Program-made: the position numbers and the translations under genes | The notes under the pieces: generated by a model | What the model was told of the DNA's origin: nothing | Databases searched by the model: none | Seen by the model: only the letters and a program-made list of their open reading frames with translations | In this document: positions 45,810-55,865 of the stretch, one piece after another | How positions within the stretch are numbered: the stretch's first letter is position 1 | Layout of the letters: every line of letters starts with the position of its first letter | From: Methanomassiliicoccaceae archaeon | GTDB lineage: Archaea; Thermoplasmatota; Thermoplasmata; Methanomassiliicoccales; Methanomassiliicoccaceae | Direction of reading: 5' to 3' | NCBI GenBank assembly: GCA_040776945.1 | Contig: JAXGZN010000002.1 | Span: 64,001-128,000 of the forward strand | Length of the DNA stretch: 64,000 nt

Positions 45810-47570
45810 TCACCCCTCAACTTTCTTTAACTGCTTGTCGTACATCTCCAGCAGCTCCTGGCTGGTGGTGGCGTCCCTCGGCCGCTTGTCGTCCCTGAAG
45901 GTCCCGGTGAAGCGCGGGAACCGCACGGCCAGACCTGCGCCGTTCTTCACGCTTCCGTGAGCGCAGGTGTGGATTGGAGATATGCTCAGCTCCGCCCCGA
46001 GGACCTCAAGGACGAGCGAGGGCTCGAACCACACGTCGGCCTCCATCTTTGACTCCACCAGCGGATGACGTGACGATTGCTTGAACCGGTCCAGTCTCTC
46101 CGGGAGCACTGCTAGGGTAGCATCGTCGAACCCGCTCCCCAGCTTACACGCCGTCTCGAAGCGGTCCTCTTCTGGATTGTAGGTCGCCATAAGAAGGGCG
46201 CCGTAAACACCGCCTCTCTTTCCGCGCCCATGGAACGCGCCGACCACCACCAGATCGACGGTGTCATTCATCTCCGAACGGTACTCCTTCTTGTACTTGA
46301 TCCACAGGAAGCCCCTGGAGCCGGCACGGTACACCGAGTCGTCGTTGATGGACTTGGCCATAAGCCCCTCGCATCCTGCGTTTAGGGCCTCCACGAAGAA
46401 CTCCTGGACCTTTTCCGGGTCGTCGATGACGCGCGCTTCGGACAGCCGCACGCCCTCCGTCACCCTGACGCAGCGGGTGAGCGCGGTGCGGCGGTCCGGC
46501 AGCGGCTCTGTGGTGAGGTCCTTTCCCTCAAGGTACAGGCAGTCGAAGAGGTGCAGGCGTACTGGATAATCCTCGATGGCTTCCGTGAGCCCGTGCTTCC
46601 GTCCACGGCGGTGGGAGACCTCCTGGAACGGGAGCATCTCCCCCGTGTTGATGTCCACCGGGACGCACTCCCCCTCGAGGATGGCACGTTGGCCGGTGAA
46701 CGCCTCCTCCAGCGCCTTGACCACGTCGGGGAACTGGCCAGTAAGGTCCTCAAGCCTCCTCGAGTAGAGCGTGATCTTGCCGCCGTCGATGTGCGCCTGA
46801 ACTCGAAGCCCGTCGTACTTGTACTCGAACATGGCCCGCCCGCCCATCTTCTCCAGGATCTCCTCCGGCGAGGGAAGGCGCTCCGCCAGCATCGCCCGGA
46901 TGGGATTGCCGACCATCACATGCATCTCGTTGAGGCCGTCGATGCCCTTCCTGCACAGCGTCTCCCCGACCAGGCCGAGATCGGAAGTGATGTTGAACGC
47001 CCTCTCCACCGCATCCTTCTCTGCCTTGGTGGCGAAAGCCTGGGCCAATGAATCGATCACCGTCTGCGCGGCGACGCCCAGCCGCATGCGGCCGGTGACT
47101 ATGCGGGCGATGTATTTGGCCTCGACAGGCTTGGCGTCATGCAGAATGTCCGCGAGGCAGCGCATCTTGCTCTCCTGCGAGCCGCTGCCCTCCAGGCGGG
47201 CGACGCGCATGAGGGCCTCGTATACCCTGTCCAGGGTCAGGGGCTCGGAGAACAGCGTGGTCTGCCTCTTGGTCTCGAGCACCTTCTCCGTCACCGTCCC
47301 CGGGTCACCCTCCTCGGCCCAAAGCTTGCGCACCGCGGCCTCCCTGGCCCCGGAGGCCGAGAGCAGCGTCCGCAGGTAAAGCTTGTCGGCCATGCCCAGC
47401 TTCTCCGGGAAGAAGTCAGGGACGATATTGCCCTGGGTCATGTACACGATTTGCCGGATATGGGCGCAATCTGTTGAGCGAAAGAGGTCGGCCAGCGTAT
47501 CGGTCATGGCCAGCCTGGAAGTGGTGGACTCAAGCGCCTGATAGACCCTCACCAGGTCCAGGTAGAGCAT
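45810..47570 (-). CDS. lig: ATP-dependent DNA ligase
   Basis: Motif I EYKYDGLR, EGLMAK, WIKYKKEY, DLVVVG, VRFPRF. Confidence 0.96.
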   Translation of the reverse strand: MLYLDLVRVYQALESTTSRLAMTDTLADLFRSTDCAHIRQIVYMTQGNIVPDFFPEKLGMADKLYLRTLLSASGAREAAVRKLWAEEGDPGTVTEKVLETKRQTTLFSEPLTLDRVYEALMRVARLEGSGSQESKMRCLADILHDAKPVEAKYIARIVTGRMRLGVAAQTVIDSLAQAFATKAEKDAVERAFNITSDLGLVGETLCRKGIDGLNEMHVMVGNPIRAMLAERLPSPEEILEKMGGRAMFEYKYDGLRVQAHIDGGKITLYSRRLEDLTGQFPDVVKALEEAFTGQRAILEGECVPVDINTGEMLPFQEVSHRRGRKHGLTEAIEDYPVRLHLFDCLYLEGKDLTTEPLPDRRTALTRCVRVTEGVRLSEARVIDDPEKVQEFFVEALNAGCEGLMAKSINDDSVYRAGSRGFLWIKYKKEYRSEMNDTVDLVVVGAFHGRGKRGGVYGALLMATYNPEEDRFETACKLGSGFDDATLAVLPERLDRFKQSSRHPLVESKMEADVWFEPSLVLEVLGAELSISPIHTCAHGSVKNGAGLAVRFPRFTGTFRDDKRPRDATTSQELLEMYDKQLKKVEG

Positions 47571-47648
47571 GAGGCAAAGTATGGCATTTCCCTATTAATC
47601 GGCATCGCCGACCCGCCATACGGATGCCGGCTGGCAGGCGACAGGCGG

Positions 47649-49241
47649 CTAGGCGAAGTCGGCGAGGGTGTTCTGTCCCTTCTTCAAGGCCTTTTCCTTC
47701 TCCTTCCTCTGGACAGCGGTCTCGCGGTCCCATTGCTGCTTAAGGGAGTACAGTCTCTTCCGCATCTCCCGCTCCTTCCTCTCGCTGGAGTTCAGCGAGG
47801 CCTCGTCCCTGGTGCCCGCGGTGATGAGAACGACCACACGCCCGGCCCGTGAGCGGCCGGTGCGGCCGCGGCGCTGGATCGAGCGTATCTCTGAAGGCAC
47901 CGGCTCGTAGAAGATCACGAGGTCGGTGTTCGCCACGTCCAACCCCTCCTCGCCGACAGAGGTGGCGACCACGACATTGAACTCGCCCTCGCGGAAGCGC
48001 TGCAGAACACCGATCTGTTCCTTCTGCTTTAGGCCCTTCTCATTGATGCGGCCCGACTGCCCTATGAGCTTGGTGACCCGGGCCCCATCGATTCGCGCCA
48101 GGAGATTGGTCACCATGTCACAGGTATCTCGGTACTGGGTGAACACCAGGACGCGGGAGTCGGGCTTCACCTGCAGCTGGTTGCTGACGATGCCCATGAC
48201 CCGTGAGATCTTGGGATGCTCCATCCTCAGCGTGGACACCAGGCGGACGACCTCCTCGAACTCGTCCGAGGCCACGATGGCCCTCGAGGCCTTGGACCCA
48301 TCGTCCGAGGCTGCCTCCGCCTTCAGCTTCTCCAAGTAGCTGCTTAACGCGGTGACCCCCTGCGTTTCCGCGAGCTCTAGCGCGTGCCCGACCTTGATCG
48401 CTCTGGCCTGCACCGACAGGGCGTTGTACAGCGTATGGCTCTTCTCCCCCTTGTTCAGCCTCATTTGGACCATGCGCTGCACCTCCAGAAGGTACTTGAT
48501 CGAAGGGGGCCGAGCGGCGTTCATCACCCCCATGTTGACCAGTTCCTTGATGTACCGGCCATACAGCTTTCGGAGCACGTCGGCGACCTTGCGCATGCCC
48601 ACTGGGACCTCGACCTCCACCCAATCGACATTGATATCATGGACATAGCTCGAGACGTCCGGGTCCGCCTCGGACCGTACCTCGATGTTCTCGATGCCCA
48701 GGTTCGAGCACACCTCCTTGATCTTGGCCATGCTGGAACCGGGGGAGGCGGTCATGCCCAGCACCAGGCCGCCCTGGCCCATATACTCCCGGGCGATCTT
48801 CACGTACGCGTAGTTGCCGACACCACGGTGGGCCTCATCGAATATGATGAGCCGGACATCGCGGAGCGAGATCCTCTCTGTCCGGAGGTCGTTGGCGACG
48901 ACCTGCGGCGTGGACGCTATGACGTCGCTCTGCACCCACTCGGCCTCGCGCTCCTCCGGGTCCACCTCGCCGGTGAGGACCGCTGTCCGTTTGCCAACGA
49001 GCTTGTCCCTGAGGAACATTGCATGCTGCTCCACCAGCGGCTTGGTCGGAGCTAGAAGGAGGACCTTTCCTTTCTTCCTCGACAGGACGTCGGCGATGAC
49101 CAGCAGGGCGATCACCGTCTTGCCCATCCCGGTCGGGAGAACGACGAGCGTGGACTCTCTGAGGCACGCATCGGCCAAGGTCCGCTGGTACTCCCGGAGC
49201 TCGATGCTCTCCTTGAGTATCAAGGGGTGCTCGACGAACAC
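47649..49241 (-). CDS. hef: Hef/FANCM-type DEAH helicase (no nuclease domain)
   Basis: REYQ, LPTGMGKT, FDEAHR, MTASPG, TSVGEEGLD, IQRRGRTGR; GTG start inferred. Confidence 0.9.
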   Translation of the reverse strand: MFVEHPLILKESIELREYQRTLADACLRESTLVVLPTGMGKTVIALLVIADVLSRKKGKVLLLAPTKPLVEQHAMFLRDKLVGKRTAVLTGEVDPEEREAEWVQSDVIASTPQVVANDLRTERISLRDVRLIIFDEAHRGVGNYAYVKIAREYMGQGGLVLGMTASPGSSMAKIKEVCSNLGIENIEVRSEADPDVSSYVHDINVDWVEVEVPVGMRKVADVLRKLYGRYIKELVNMGVMNAARPPSIKYLLEVQRMVQMRLNKGEKSHTLYNALSVQARAIKVGHALELAETQGVTALSSYLEKLKAEAASDDGSKASRAIVASDEFEEVVRLVSTLRMEHPKISRVMGIVSNQLQVKPDSRVLVFTQYRDTCDMVTNLLARIDGARVTKLIGQSGRINEKGLKQKEQIGVLQRFREGEFNVVVATSVGEEGLDVANTDLVIFYEPVPSEIRSIQRRGRTGRSRAGRVVVLITAGTRDEASLNSSERKEREMRKRLYSLKQQWDRETAVQRKEKEKALKKGQNTLADFA

Positions 49242-49307
49242 GCTTCCCCATAATGGGCGCCGTTGAAGTACCTTATGGTCGCCCGCCCGCAAATGCCGAA
49301 AGTGCGG

Positions 49308-49994
49308 TCAGAACCACTTCGCCGTTCCGGCCCGCCGCAGTGGGCGAACAAGCTCCTCAGAGTCCTTGCTGATGTCGTTCACCGCCTTGGAGACCGGAAA
49401 CGCCTCCATGCGTTCCGAGGGGAACGGCGCGAAGATGCGTTCCCGCGTCGCTCTCTCCAGCGGCCCTGGCGCTAGCCAGGTGCCTTCGTCCTCCCGCGAG
49501 AGGACCACCGGCATGCGGTCGTGGATATCGGACATGAGCTCGTTGGCCGCGGTGGTTATGATGGTGAAGCTCTGAACCTCCTCGCCCGAAGGGCCCCTCC
49601 ATCGATCATAGAGCCCGGCCATTGCGAACAATCTCTCGTCCTTTACCCTGGCGAGATATGGGGTCTTGCCATCGGTGGCGCTCTTCCATTCGTAGAACCC
49701 CGTGGTCGGGACCAGGCACCGGCGGTCCTTGAGAGAGGCTCGGAACGCCGGCCTCTCGGCCACACCTTCGGCGCGAGCGTTGATCATTCGAGATCCGATC
49801 TTTGGGTCCTTGGCCCAGAAGGGGATGAGCCCCCAGCGCATCATGACCAGGCGGTTGCTGCCGCGAACCACGACCGGCGCTTCCTGGGTCGGCGCCAGGT
49901 TGTATCTCGGGCGAGGCATGTCCGCGATCGGTGCGTCGATGGAGAAACGGGTGATAAGGTCCTTGACCTCGCCGATAGTGAAGCGTCCGCACAT
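49308..49994 (-). CDS. SRAP/HMCES (YedK-like) abasic-site processing protein
   Basis: N-terminal MCGRF (Cys2), RYNLAPTQ, WGLIPFW, NARAE, GFYEW, IHDRMP. Confidence 0.95.
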   Translation of the reverse strand: MCGRFTIGEVKDLITRFSIDAPIADMPRPRYNLAPTQEAPVVVRGSNRLVMMRWGLIPFWAKDPKIGSRMINARAEGVAERPAFRASLKDRRCLVPTTGFYEWKSATDGKTPYLARVKDERLFAMAGLYDRWRGPSGEEVQSFTIITTAANELMSDIHDRMPVVLSREDEGTWLAPGPLERATRERIFAPFPSERMEAFPVSKAVNDISKDSEELVRPLRRAGTAKWF

Positions 49995-50261
49995 GCGGAT
50001 GATACGCACTGCCATGGCGATAATCATTGGCATAGATAGGGAGGTCCGGGGGCTATGCCCACCTGTGAAACAAGCCAATTGGCCCGCTCATTGCCCGGTC
50101 CAGCGCTTTCATGCCCGAACGGCGGTCCGTTCCGCGGGCGCCCTTGGCGTTCTCCTCCATCCTCTACCTCGATGTAGCCCGTGTCAGTGAGGCCTCCCTC
50201 GGACGGCCGTTCATGCCCTCGTTATGAGAGCGCTGCCCAGGCCCAGATGCGGCCCCGTCGC

Positions 50262-50297
50262 GTAACAAAAAGGGAAAAGAGGGTAAAGGGAAAGGGT
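50262..50297 (-). terminator. Pyrimidine-rich archaeal terminator after hesB/iscA
   Basis: Minus strand ACCCTTTCCCTTTACCCTCTTTTCCCTTTTTG directly after the stop. Confidence 0.55.
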
Positions 50298-50621
50298 TCA
50301 GTGGCAGCTGGAACAGGATCCGCTGCACGAGGAACGCAGGTTGGGGTTGTTGACGATAAGACCCGCTCCGCTGGGGGTCTCGATGTAATCCACGGTGGAG
50401 CCCTCGAGCATCTCTTTGGTCTCGCCATCATAGTAGAAAGAGAACCCATTGACCTTTTGCTCGATGTCATCGTCGTTCTTCTTCTCCTGGAAGGCCATCC
50501 CGAACTGGGGGCCAGAGCAGCCCATGCCGGCAAGGTAGATCCTTATCCCATAGCCTTTCTTATCGTTCTTCTCCAGCAGGTCGTTTATGAACTTGATCGC
50601 TTCAGAGGATACCTCTACCAT
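50298..50621 (-). CDS. HesB/IscA family Fe-S cluster carrier
   Basis: IRIYLAGMGCSGPQFGM, VDY, NPN, terminal SCSGSCSSCH. Confidence 0.9.
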   Translation of the reverse strand: MVEVSSEAIKFINDLLEKNDKKGYGIRIYLAGMGCSGPQFGMAFQEKKNDDDIEQKVNGFSFYYDGETKEMLEGSTVDYIETPSGAGLIVNNPNLRSSCSGSCSSCH

Positions 50622-50756
50622 ATCCGATCACCTAGTCATCTGAGAATTGTTAAGGTATATAAGACGATTGCCTGTCTAGTGCGGTGCTTTCGTTCAGATC
50701 GCCGGCCTGCGCCCGCCAAGGTTTTATCGTTCCAGGCCCATGCGGTCGTCAGGAAC

Positions 50757-51224
50757 ATGGAGCTCACCTCGCGCGAGATGGCCAGGAAGGACCTTCCACA
50801 GGTCGTCGCCATCAGCAGAGAGAACATGGCCTCGATAATATTCTCATCCTGGGGCGTCGAGTATCGCGACGAGGACCTCCTCCACATGCTCCTGGAGCCG
50901 ACCGCTTTCACCGAAGTGTTCGAAATGGACGGGAAGATCGTCGCCTATTATTCCGTTGACGAACGGAACGACAACCTGTTCATCAATTCCATACAGGTCC
51001 TGAAGGGCTATCGGAACCAGGGGCTAGGAGCAAGGATGATGGAGCGCATCGAGGTCCGGGCCAAGGAGAACCGTCTGATGGGCATCGAGCTCTGGGTCCA
51101 GATCACCAACCGCTCGGCCATGGAGTTCTACCGCCATATGGGCTATCGGATGGTGTCCCGCCAGGGGAACAACTATCTCATGCGCCGCCGCCTCGATCCT
51201 CAGGAGGGCTGGCGTTTCGTCTGA
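50757..51224 (+). CDS. GNAT family N-acetyltransferase
   Basis: YRNQGLG motif A, N..A..FY...GY motif B; start ATG 50757. Confidence 0.87.
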   Translation: MELTSREMARKDLPQVVAISRENMASIIFSSWGVEYRDEDLLHMLLEPTAFTEVFEMDGKIVAYYSVDERNDNLFINSIQVLKGYRNQGLGARMMERIEVRAKENRLMGIELWVQITNRSAMEFYRHMGYRMVSRQGNNYLMRRRLDPQEGWRFV

Positions 51225-51536
51225 TCGTTCGGCCCGCTCAAAGAGAGGCTAGACCAGGCAGGTCCACCCCGAGACCTCGCTCCGGCGGGGAGGGGCATAC
51301 GGACGACCGTGCACGCACCGGCCTCCAGAGTGGCAGCGGCGGCCCGCGAGCGGCCGGAGCATGACCGGGTCCCCGGCTCCGGCGTAAGGGCGTTCGCATG
51401 AACGCCTTGTTTTTAAATAAAAGGATGATGGACAGCGCTCAGGCCATCAGGCCACGGGCGGTCATCGGCCCGCCTCGATCAATACAGAATACTAGAAATC
51501 CTTATCTGACAGTATCCGTTTCCAGCGGCACCTCAT

Positions 51537-53807
51537 ATGACCGAAGAGCACGCCCCCCATACCAGCGGGGTAGAGGTCACCCTCAACCGGGACCTTGGTC
51601 TGGCAGAAGTATTGATGATCGGCATCGGGCCCAACATCGGGTCATCCATATTCCTGCTGATAGGCCTGGCCACGGAGATCGTGGGGCCCGGCCTGCTCCT
51701 GACCTTCGGGCTGAACTTCGTGGTGACGATATTCACAGCTCTGGCATATGCCGAGCTGGCAAGCGCCTTCCCGGAGACGGGAGGCGGCTATCTTTGGGTG
51801 AAGGAAGGCCTTTTCGAGCCTTTGGGCTTTTTGGGAGGCTGGATGTCATGGGTGGGCCACTGCATCGCCTGCAGCGTTTACGCCATAGGCTTCGGCACCG
51901 GGGTAAGCCTCCTGCTCACCCAGTATAACCTCGAGATACCGGGGCTATCTCCTGAGAGCGTAACCTCCATATTCACGGTGCTGATCGCGGTGGCGTTCTG
52001 CTACATGAACTACCGCGGGGTGAAGGGGGCCGGACGGTCCGGGATCCTGGTCTCCAGCTTCCTCATAGGCATAATCATCATATTCTGCCTCTTCTGCATC
52101 GCGTTCATAATGGGCGACCCCTCCGCCGCCGGGATCGACGGTTTCGGCCCGGTGCTTCTCCCCTTCGGCTACATGTCCATCGCCACCTCCATGGGCTTCA
52201 CCTTCATGATCTTCGAAGGCTACGAGGTGGTGGCCCAGACCGGCGAGGAGGCCAAGCACCCCGAGAAAACGGTCCCGCGGGCCATGTTCCTGTGCATCAC
52301 CATATCCGCGGTCCTGTTCATCGCGGTGGCCGCGGTGACCTTCGCCACCATCGGATGGCAGGCCACCGCCGAGGGGGCCGACCACGCGCTGAACTTGGCG
52401 GCCGACAAGGCGATACCGTTCATCGGCGGAGCCCTCATGTCCGTTGGCATGATAATCGGTTCAGTGGCAGCAGTGAACTCAGTGGTCTTTTCGGCCTCCC
52501 GGGTCTCCTTCGCCATGGGGCGCGACGGCAACCTCCCTTCGATATTCGGCAGGCTGCATCCGACAAGGCATACTCCTGTAACGGCGATCCTCATCAGCGG
52601 CATGATAATCATATTCATGGCGGTGACCTTCGATATCCGGAAGGTAGCTGCTGTCGCCGACGTGATGGTCCTCCTGCTCTTCGTTCTCGTTAACCTGTCC
52701 ATGATGACACTGAGGAAAAGGAGGCCTGATGCTAAGCGCTCCTTCATCTCCCCTCTGTTCCCTTGGATCCCGTTGGCGGGCGTGGGTTCCAAGATGTTCT
52801 TGGCCATCATGCTCTTCGACCTGGACCCCCTTGCATGGTACCTCGCGCTGGCAGTGATCTTCGCCGGCCTGCTGGTCCACTATTTCGCCAAAGGGAAGGA
52901 GGAGATCGAGCACTTCCGTCCCCCCGCGCCCTCGGTCCTTAGCGATGAGGCCAAGGCCCGGTACCGCGTGCTCATACCCGTTGACGATCCCCGGAACGAA
53001 GGAATAATCGACATCGCGGTCACCCTGGCCGCAAAGTATGACGGGGAGATCCTGCTCACTACGGTGGTCGAGGTGCCGGCCAGCGTACCGCTGAGCGCGG
53101 TAGAGAAGAAGCGGGTGGACGAACGCAAGAAGGTCCTTGAAAGGCTGCGCGAGTACTCCGAGATGCGCGGCATAAAGACCAGGGCCATCGTGCTGGTATC
53201 GCATGATGTGGTGGCGAGCGTCATAGACACCGCCAAGGACTATCATGTCAACGCCATAATCGTAGGCTGGAAGGGATACACCAACACTCAGAAGCGCATC
53301 CTCGGCCGCAAGCTCGACGACATCGTCCGCCAGACCCCTTGCGACATCATGGTGCTCAAGGCCGACGGCAAGCTGCATCTGGACAACATCATGATACTGT
53401 CCGGCGGTCTGTGGCACGTAAGCAAGGCCACCGAGGTGGCGGCGGACATCGCTCAGATGAACGATTCCCGGATCACGATCCTGAACGTCATCGTCAACGA
53501 GAGGTACCTGGTCAAGGCAGCGGAATATTCCAAGCGCCTCAAGATGATCGTGGAGAGCCGCCAGGTCCCGGTCATCATCAAAGAGATCCGGCCGGAGCTC
53601 ATTGTCGGGGGAGTGGTGGCCGAGTCTCTGGAGACCGACCTCCTGGTTATCGGTTCATCGGCGGCAAAGAGGTGGGACCAATTCGCCTTCGGCGCCATCC
53701 AGGACGTCATCGCCAAGAACGCCAAGTGCCCGGTGCTGGTCTACAAGAGGGTCGCCCCCGGGACTCCTGACGCACCTATGCTCGGCCCGCCTGACGACGA
53801 GGACTGA
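51537..53807 (+). CDS. APC amino-acid permease fused to two universal stress protein (Usp) domains
   Basis: IGSSIF, YAELASAFPETGGGY, GYE...GEE, SRVSFAMGRDG; C-terminal RVLIPV...PCDIMVLK and ...KCPVLVYK. Confidence 0.92.
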   Translation: MTEEHAPHTSGVEVTLNRDLGLAEVLMIGIGPNIGSSIFLLIGLATEIVGPGLLLTFGLNFVVTIFTALAYAELASAFPETGGGYLWVKEGLFEPLGFLGGWMSWVGHCIACSVYAIGFGTGVSLLLTQYNLEIPGLSPESVTSIFTVLIAVAFCYMNYRGVKGAGRSGILVSSFLIGIIIIFCLFCIAFIMGDPSAAGIDGFGPVLLPFGYMSIATSMGFTFMIFEGYEVVAQTGEEAKHPEKTVPRAMFLCITISAVLFIAVAAVTFATIGWQATAEGADHALNLAADKAIPFIGGALMSVGMIIGSVAAVNSVVFSASRVSFAMGRDGNLPSIFGRLHPTRHTPVTAILISGMIIIFMAVTFDIRKVAAVADVMVLLLFVLVNLSMMTLRKRRPDAKRSFISPLFPWIPLAGVGSKMFLAIMLFDLDPLAWYLALAVIFAGLLVHYFAKGKEEIEHFRPPAPSVLSDEAKARYRVLIPVDDPRNEGIIDIAVTLAAKYDGEILLTTVVEVPASVPLSAVEKKRVDERKKVLERLREYSEMRGIKTRAIVLVSHDVVASVIDTAKDYHVNAIIVGWKGYTNTQKRILGRKLDDIVRQTPCDIMVLKADGKLHLDNIMILSGGLWHVSKATEVAADIAQMNDSRITILNVIVNERYLVKAAEYSKRLKMIVESRQVPVIIKEIRPELIVGGVVAESLETDLLVIGSSAAKRWDQFAFGAIQDVIAKNAKCPVLVYKRVAPGTPDAPMLGPPDDED

Positions 53808-54749
53808 TCATCCGACCGCCGCGGCAAGCTCATCAATAAGCCGGTCGGCAGCTTGGCGGGGGAGGCGAACACCTGCACTGCCAGGATGTCCACCTCCGTC
53901 CGTGCCGTGGGCGCGGGCGAAGTCCCGGACGAAGAGCCCGAGATCGACATTGCCGCCCCCGCATGCCCGCAGCGAGGCCACCGAGGCATCCCTTGAATCG
54001 TGCACCAGCATCGCATAGCGGCAGCCGCGCTCTCTTGCCGCCTCGACAAGGGCCAGGGAGCCGAAACCATATAGGGACGGCCGGTCCCGGCGCAGGTCAA
54101 GAAGCCCCAGTCCCCCTCGCACTTGGAGCTTCTCTCTCACCTTGGACAGTGCCCTGGCCCAGCGGTCCCCGCCGATCATCGCCTGGTATCTGTCCACGAC
54201 GCTCCCGACCTCTGACGGCAACGATCCTGCCGATAGCGCCCTGGCGGTCTCCAGGCGAAAGCCATCGTCCTCGATGTTGTATCTCCAAGAGAAGTCCAGG
54301 ATGCGGGACTCAAGCTCGATCCTTTCCCTTCCCATTGTGGCGGCCATCCAGGCCACCGCTGCGGTTTCGGACCGCTCGTAGAGGTCGGCGAGGGCCACCG
54401 CTCCCGTGAGCGATGAGAGCAGGCCAAAGTGCCGGTGCAGCGCCCCGGCAGCGCTCATGGAGACATCCACGACGGCCTGGGGATGGCATTCGCACGCGGG
54501 ATGATGGTCCACCAACATTATCCTGGGGTCCTTGTCCAAAAGGGCCATTATCTCCGGGGTGAGCGGGACATCGGCAATGATGATGACATCATGGCCTCCG
54601 TCGTTCGAGGCAGCTTCTGCTGCAGATGGAGGGGAGCTGATGAAGGTGATCTCTCCGCTAGGATATCTCCCCAGGAACACTGCAGCGCAAACGATGCCGT
54701 CCAGGTTTCCCCGGGTGATCAGTCTGGCCTTCGGGAGCCTCTTTCCCAT
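53808..54749 (-). CDS. DHH/DHHA1 family phosphoesterase
   Basis: NLDG, IADV, VDHH, SAA, SLR, GGGHPGSAG. Confidence 0.82.
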   Translation of the reverse strand: MGKRLPKARLITRGNLDGIVCAAVFLGRYPSGEITFISSPPSAAEAASNDGGHDVIIIADVPLTPEIMALLDKDPRIMLVDHHPACECHPQAVVDVSMSAAGALHRHFGLLSSLTGAVALADLYERSETAAVAWMAATMGRERIELESRILDFSWRYNIEDDGFRLETARALSAGSLPSEVGSVVDRYQAMIGGDRWARALSKVREKLQVRGGLGLLDLRRDRPSLYGFGSLALVEAARERGCRYAMLVHDSRDASVASLRACGGGNVDLGLFVRDFARAHGTDGGGHPGSAGVRLPRQAADRLIDELAAAVG

Positions 54750-55077
54750 CTAGGCGTCCGATAAAAAGGGCGTTTAAGAATGTCCCGAACCTATTATCTG
54801 AAATGATAACATCCGATCCATTGGCCGCCCCTGGGAAATGGCGGATGCTGCCTCAGCAAGGGCGACCAACGGTGTAGATGCTCTCCCCTCGCAGCATCGC
54901 TCCGAGCCCTGGGCAGATGGACGTCAACATCGAGAATGAGGACCGACGCTTCTTAAGCTCGCTTCCCATCGCTCGTTCCATGGGCTGGAGGAAAGGACGT
55001 CCGTGAACGGCCTGAAGCTTCCCTGTACTGCCACCGGCTATGCCCCGGCAGGCGCTGAACATCCATTGGAGTAGACG

Positions 55078-55815
55078 ATGACCGACATAACCTATCTAGG
55101 CGAGGGAAGCGCAAGGCCCAGCGAACACGAGCACCTGCTGGAAGCGACGTTCAAGACGATGGGAACGGCCTACGGCTATGATCAAGTGAAGGTGGACTAC
55201 GCGTCCTATAAGGAGTTCAAAAGCACTTGGCAAAGGCTCGGCAGGACGGTCTCGTTCGAGATATCGGACTACCTTGGTGCCGCAAGGCCCGAGGTCCTCG
55301 GGGACTTTGCCCAGGCGCTGTACGAGCGCATAGAGAAGCGCACACCTGGATGCGTCTACAGCCCCCGCTTGAAGGCCTACTTGGAGTCCGATGACTTCGT
55401 CCTCAGGAACCAGGCCACCTATGTAAGGAGGAGCAGGAACCTGACCAGGACGGCCCTGGGACGGCACTTCGACCTGCGGGAGACATACCGACGGCTGGTT
55501 GACAGCGGAACGGTCTCACCGTCCAAGAACGTGTCCCTGCATTGGACCAAGAGCGGGAACCGCATGAGGGTGGGGTACTGCAGCGTGCTCATGAGAGTGG
55601 TGGCCATATCCTCTCTCCTTGACAACGAGAAGGTCCCAGACTTCGTCCACGAGTACGTTCTGTACCACGAGCTTCTTCATCTGGAGGACGGCCTGTCGGA
55701 CGGGCGGCGGCACCACACGCCCGAGTTCAAGGCCCGCGAGCGGCAACACCCTAGATGGAAGGAGTCCGAGGAATGGCTCAGGAAGCTGGCGGCCCGGAAG
55801 GTGGACCTGAGGTGA
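55078..55815 (+). CDS. Zincin metalloprotease (SprT/YgjP/WLM-like)
   Basis: VPDFVHEYVLYHELLH...HHTPEFKARE HExxH motif. Confidence 0.8.
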   Translation: MTDITYLGEGSARPSEHEHLLEATFKTMGTAYGYDQVKVDYASYKEFKSTWQRLGRTVSFEISDYLGAARPEVLGDFAQALYERIEKRTPGCVYSPRLKAYLESDDFVLRNQATYVRRSRNLTRTALGRHFDLRETYRRLVDSGTVSPSKNVSLHWTKSGNRMRVGYCSVLMRVVAISSLLDNEKVPDFVHEYVLYHELLHLEDGLSDGRRHHTPEFKARERQHPRWKESEEWLRKLAARKVDLR

Positions 55816-55865
55816 CCTCCTCCGAGCCTCGCAATATTTAATCCACAGGGACAATATCCCCCGAG

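Noticed and set aside
51537-53807. Amino-acid permease fused to Usp domains as a novelty
   Set aside because: This architecture is already well known in haloarchaea and methanogens.
54810-55070. Intergenic region considered as SRP RNA or RNase P RNA
   Set aside because: I could not find the SRP helix-8 motif or the RNase P P4 consensus pairing; a lone GAGGAAAG is insufficient.
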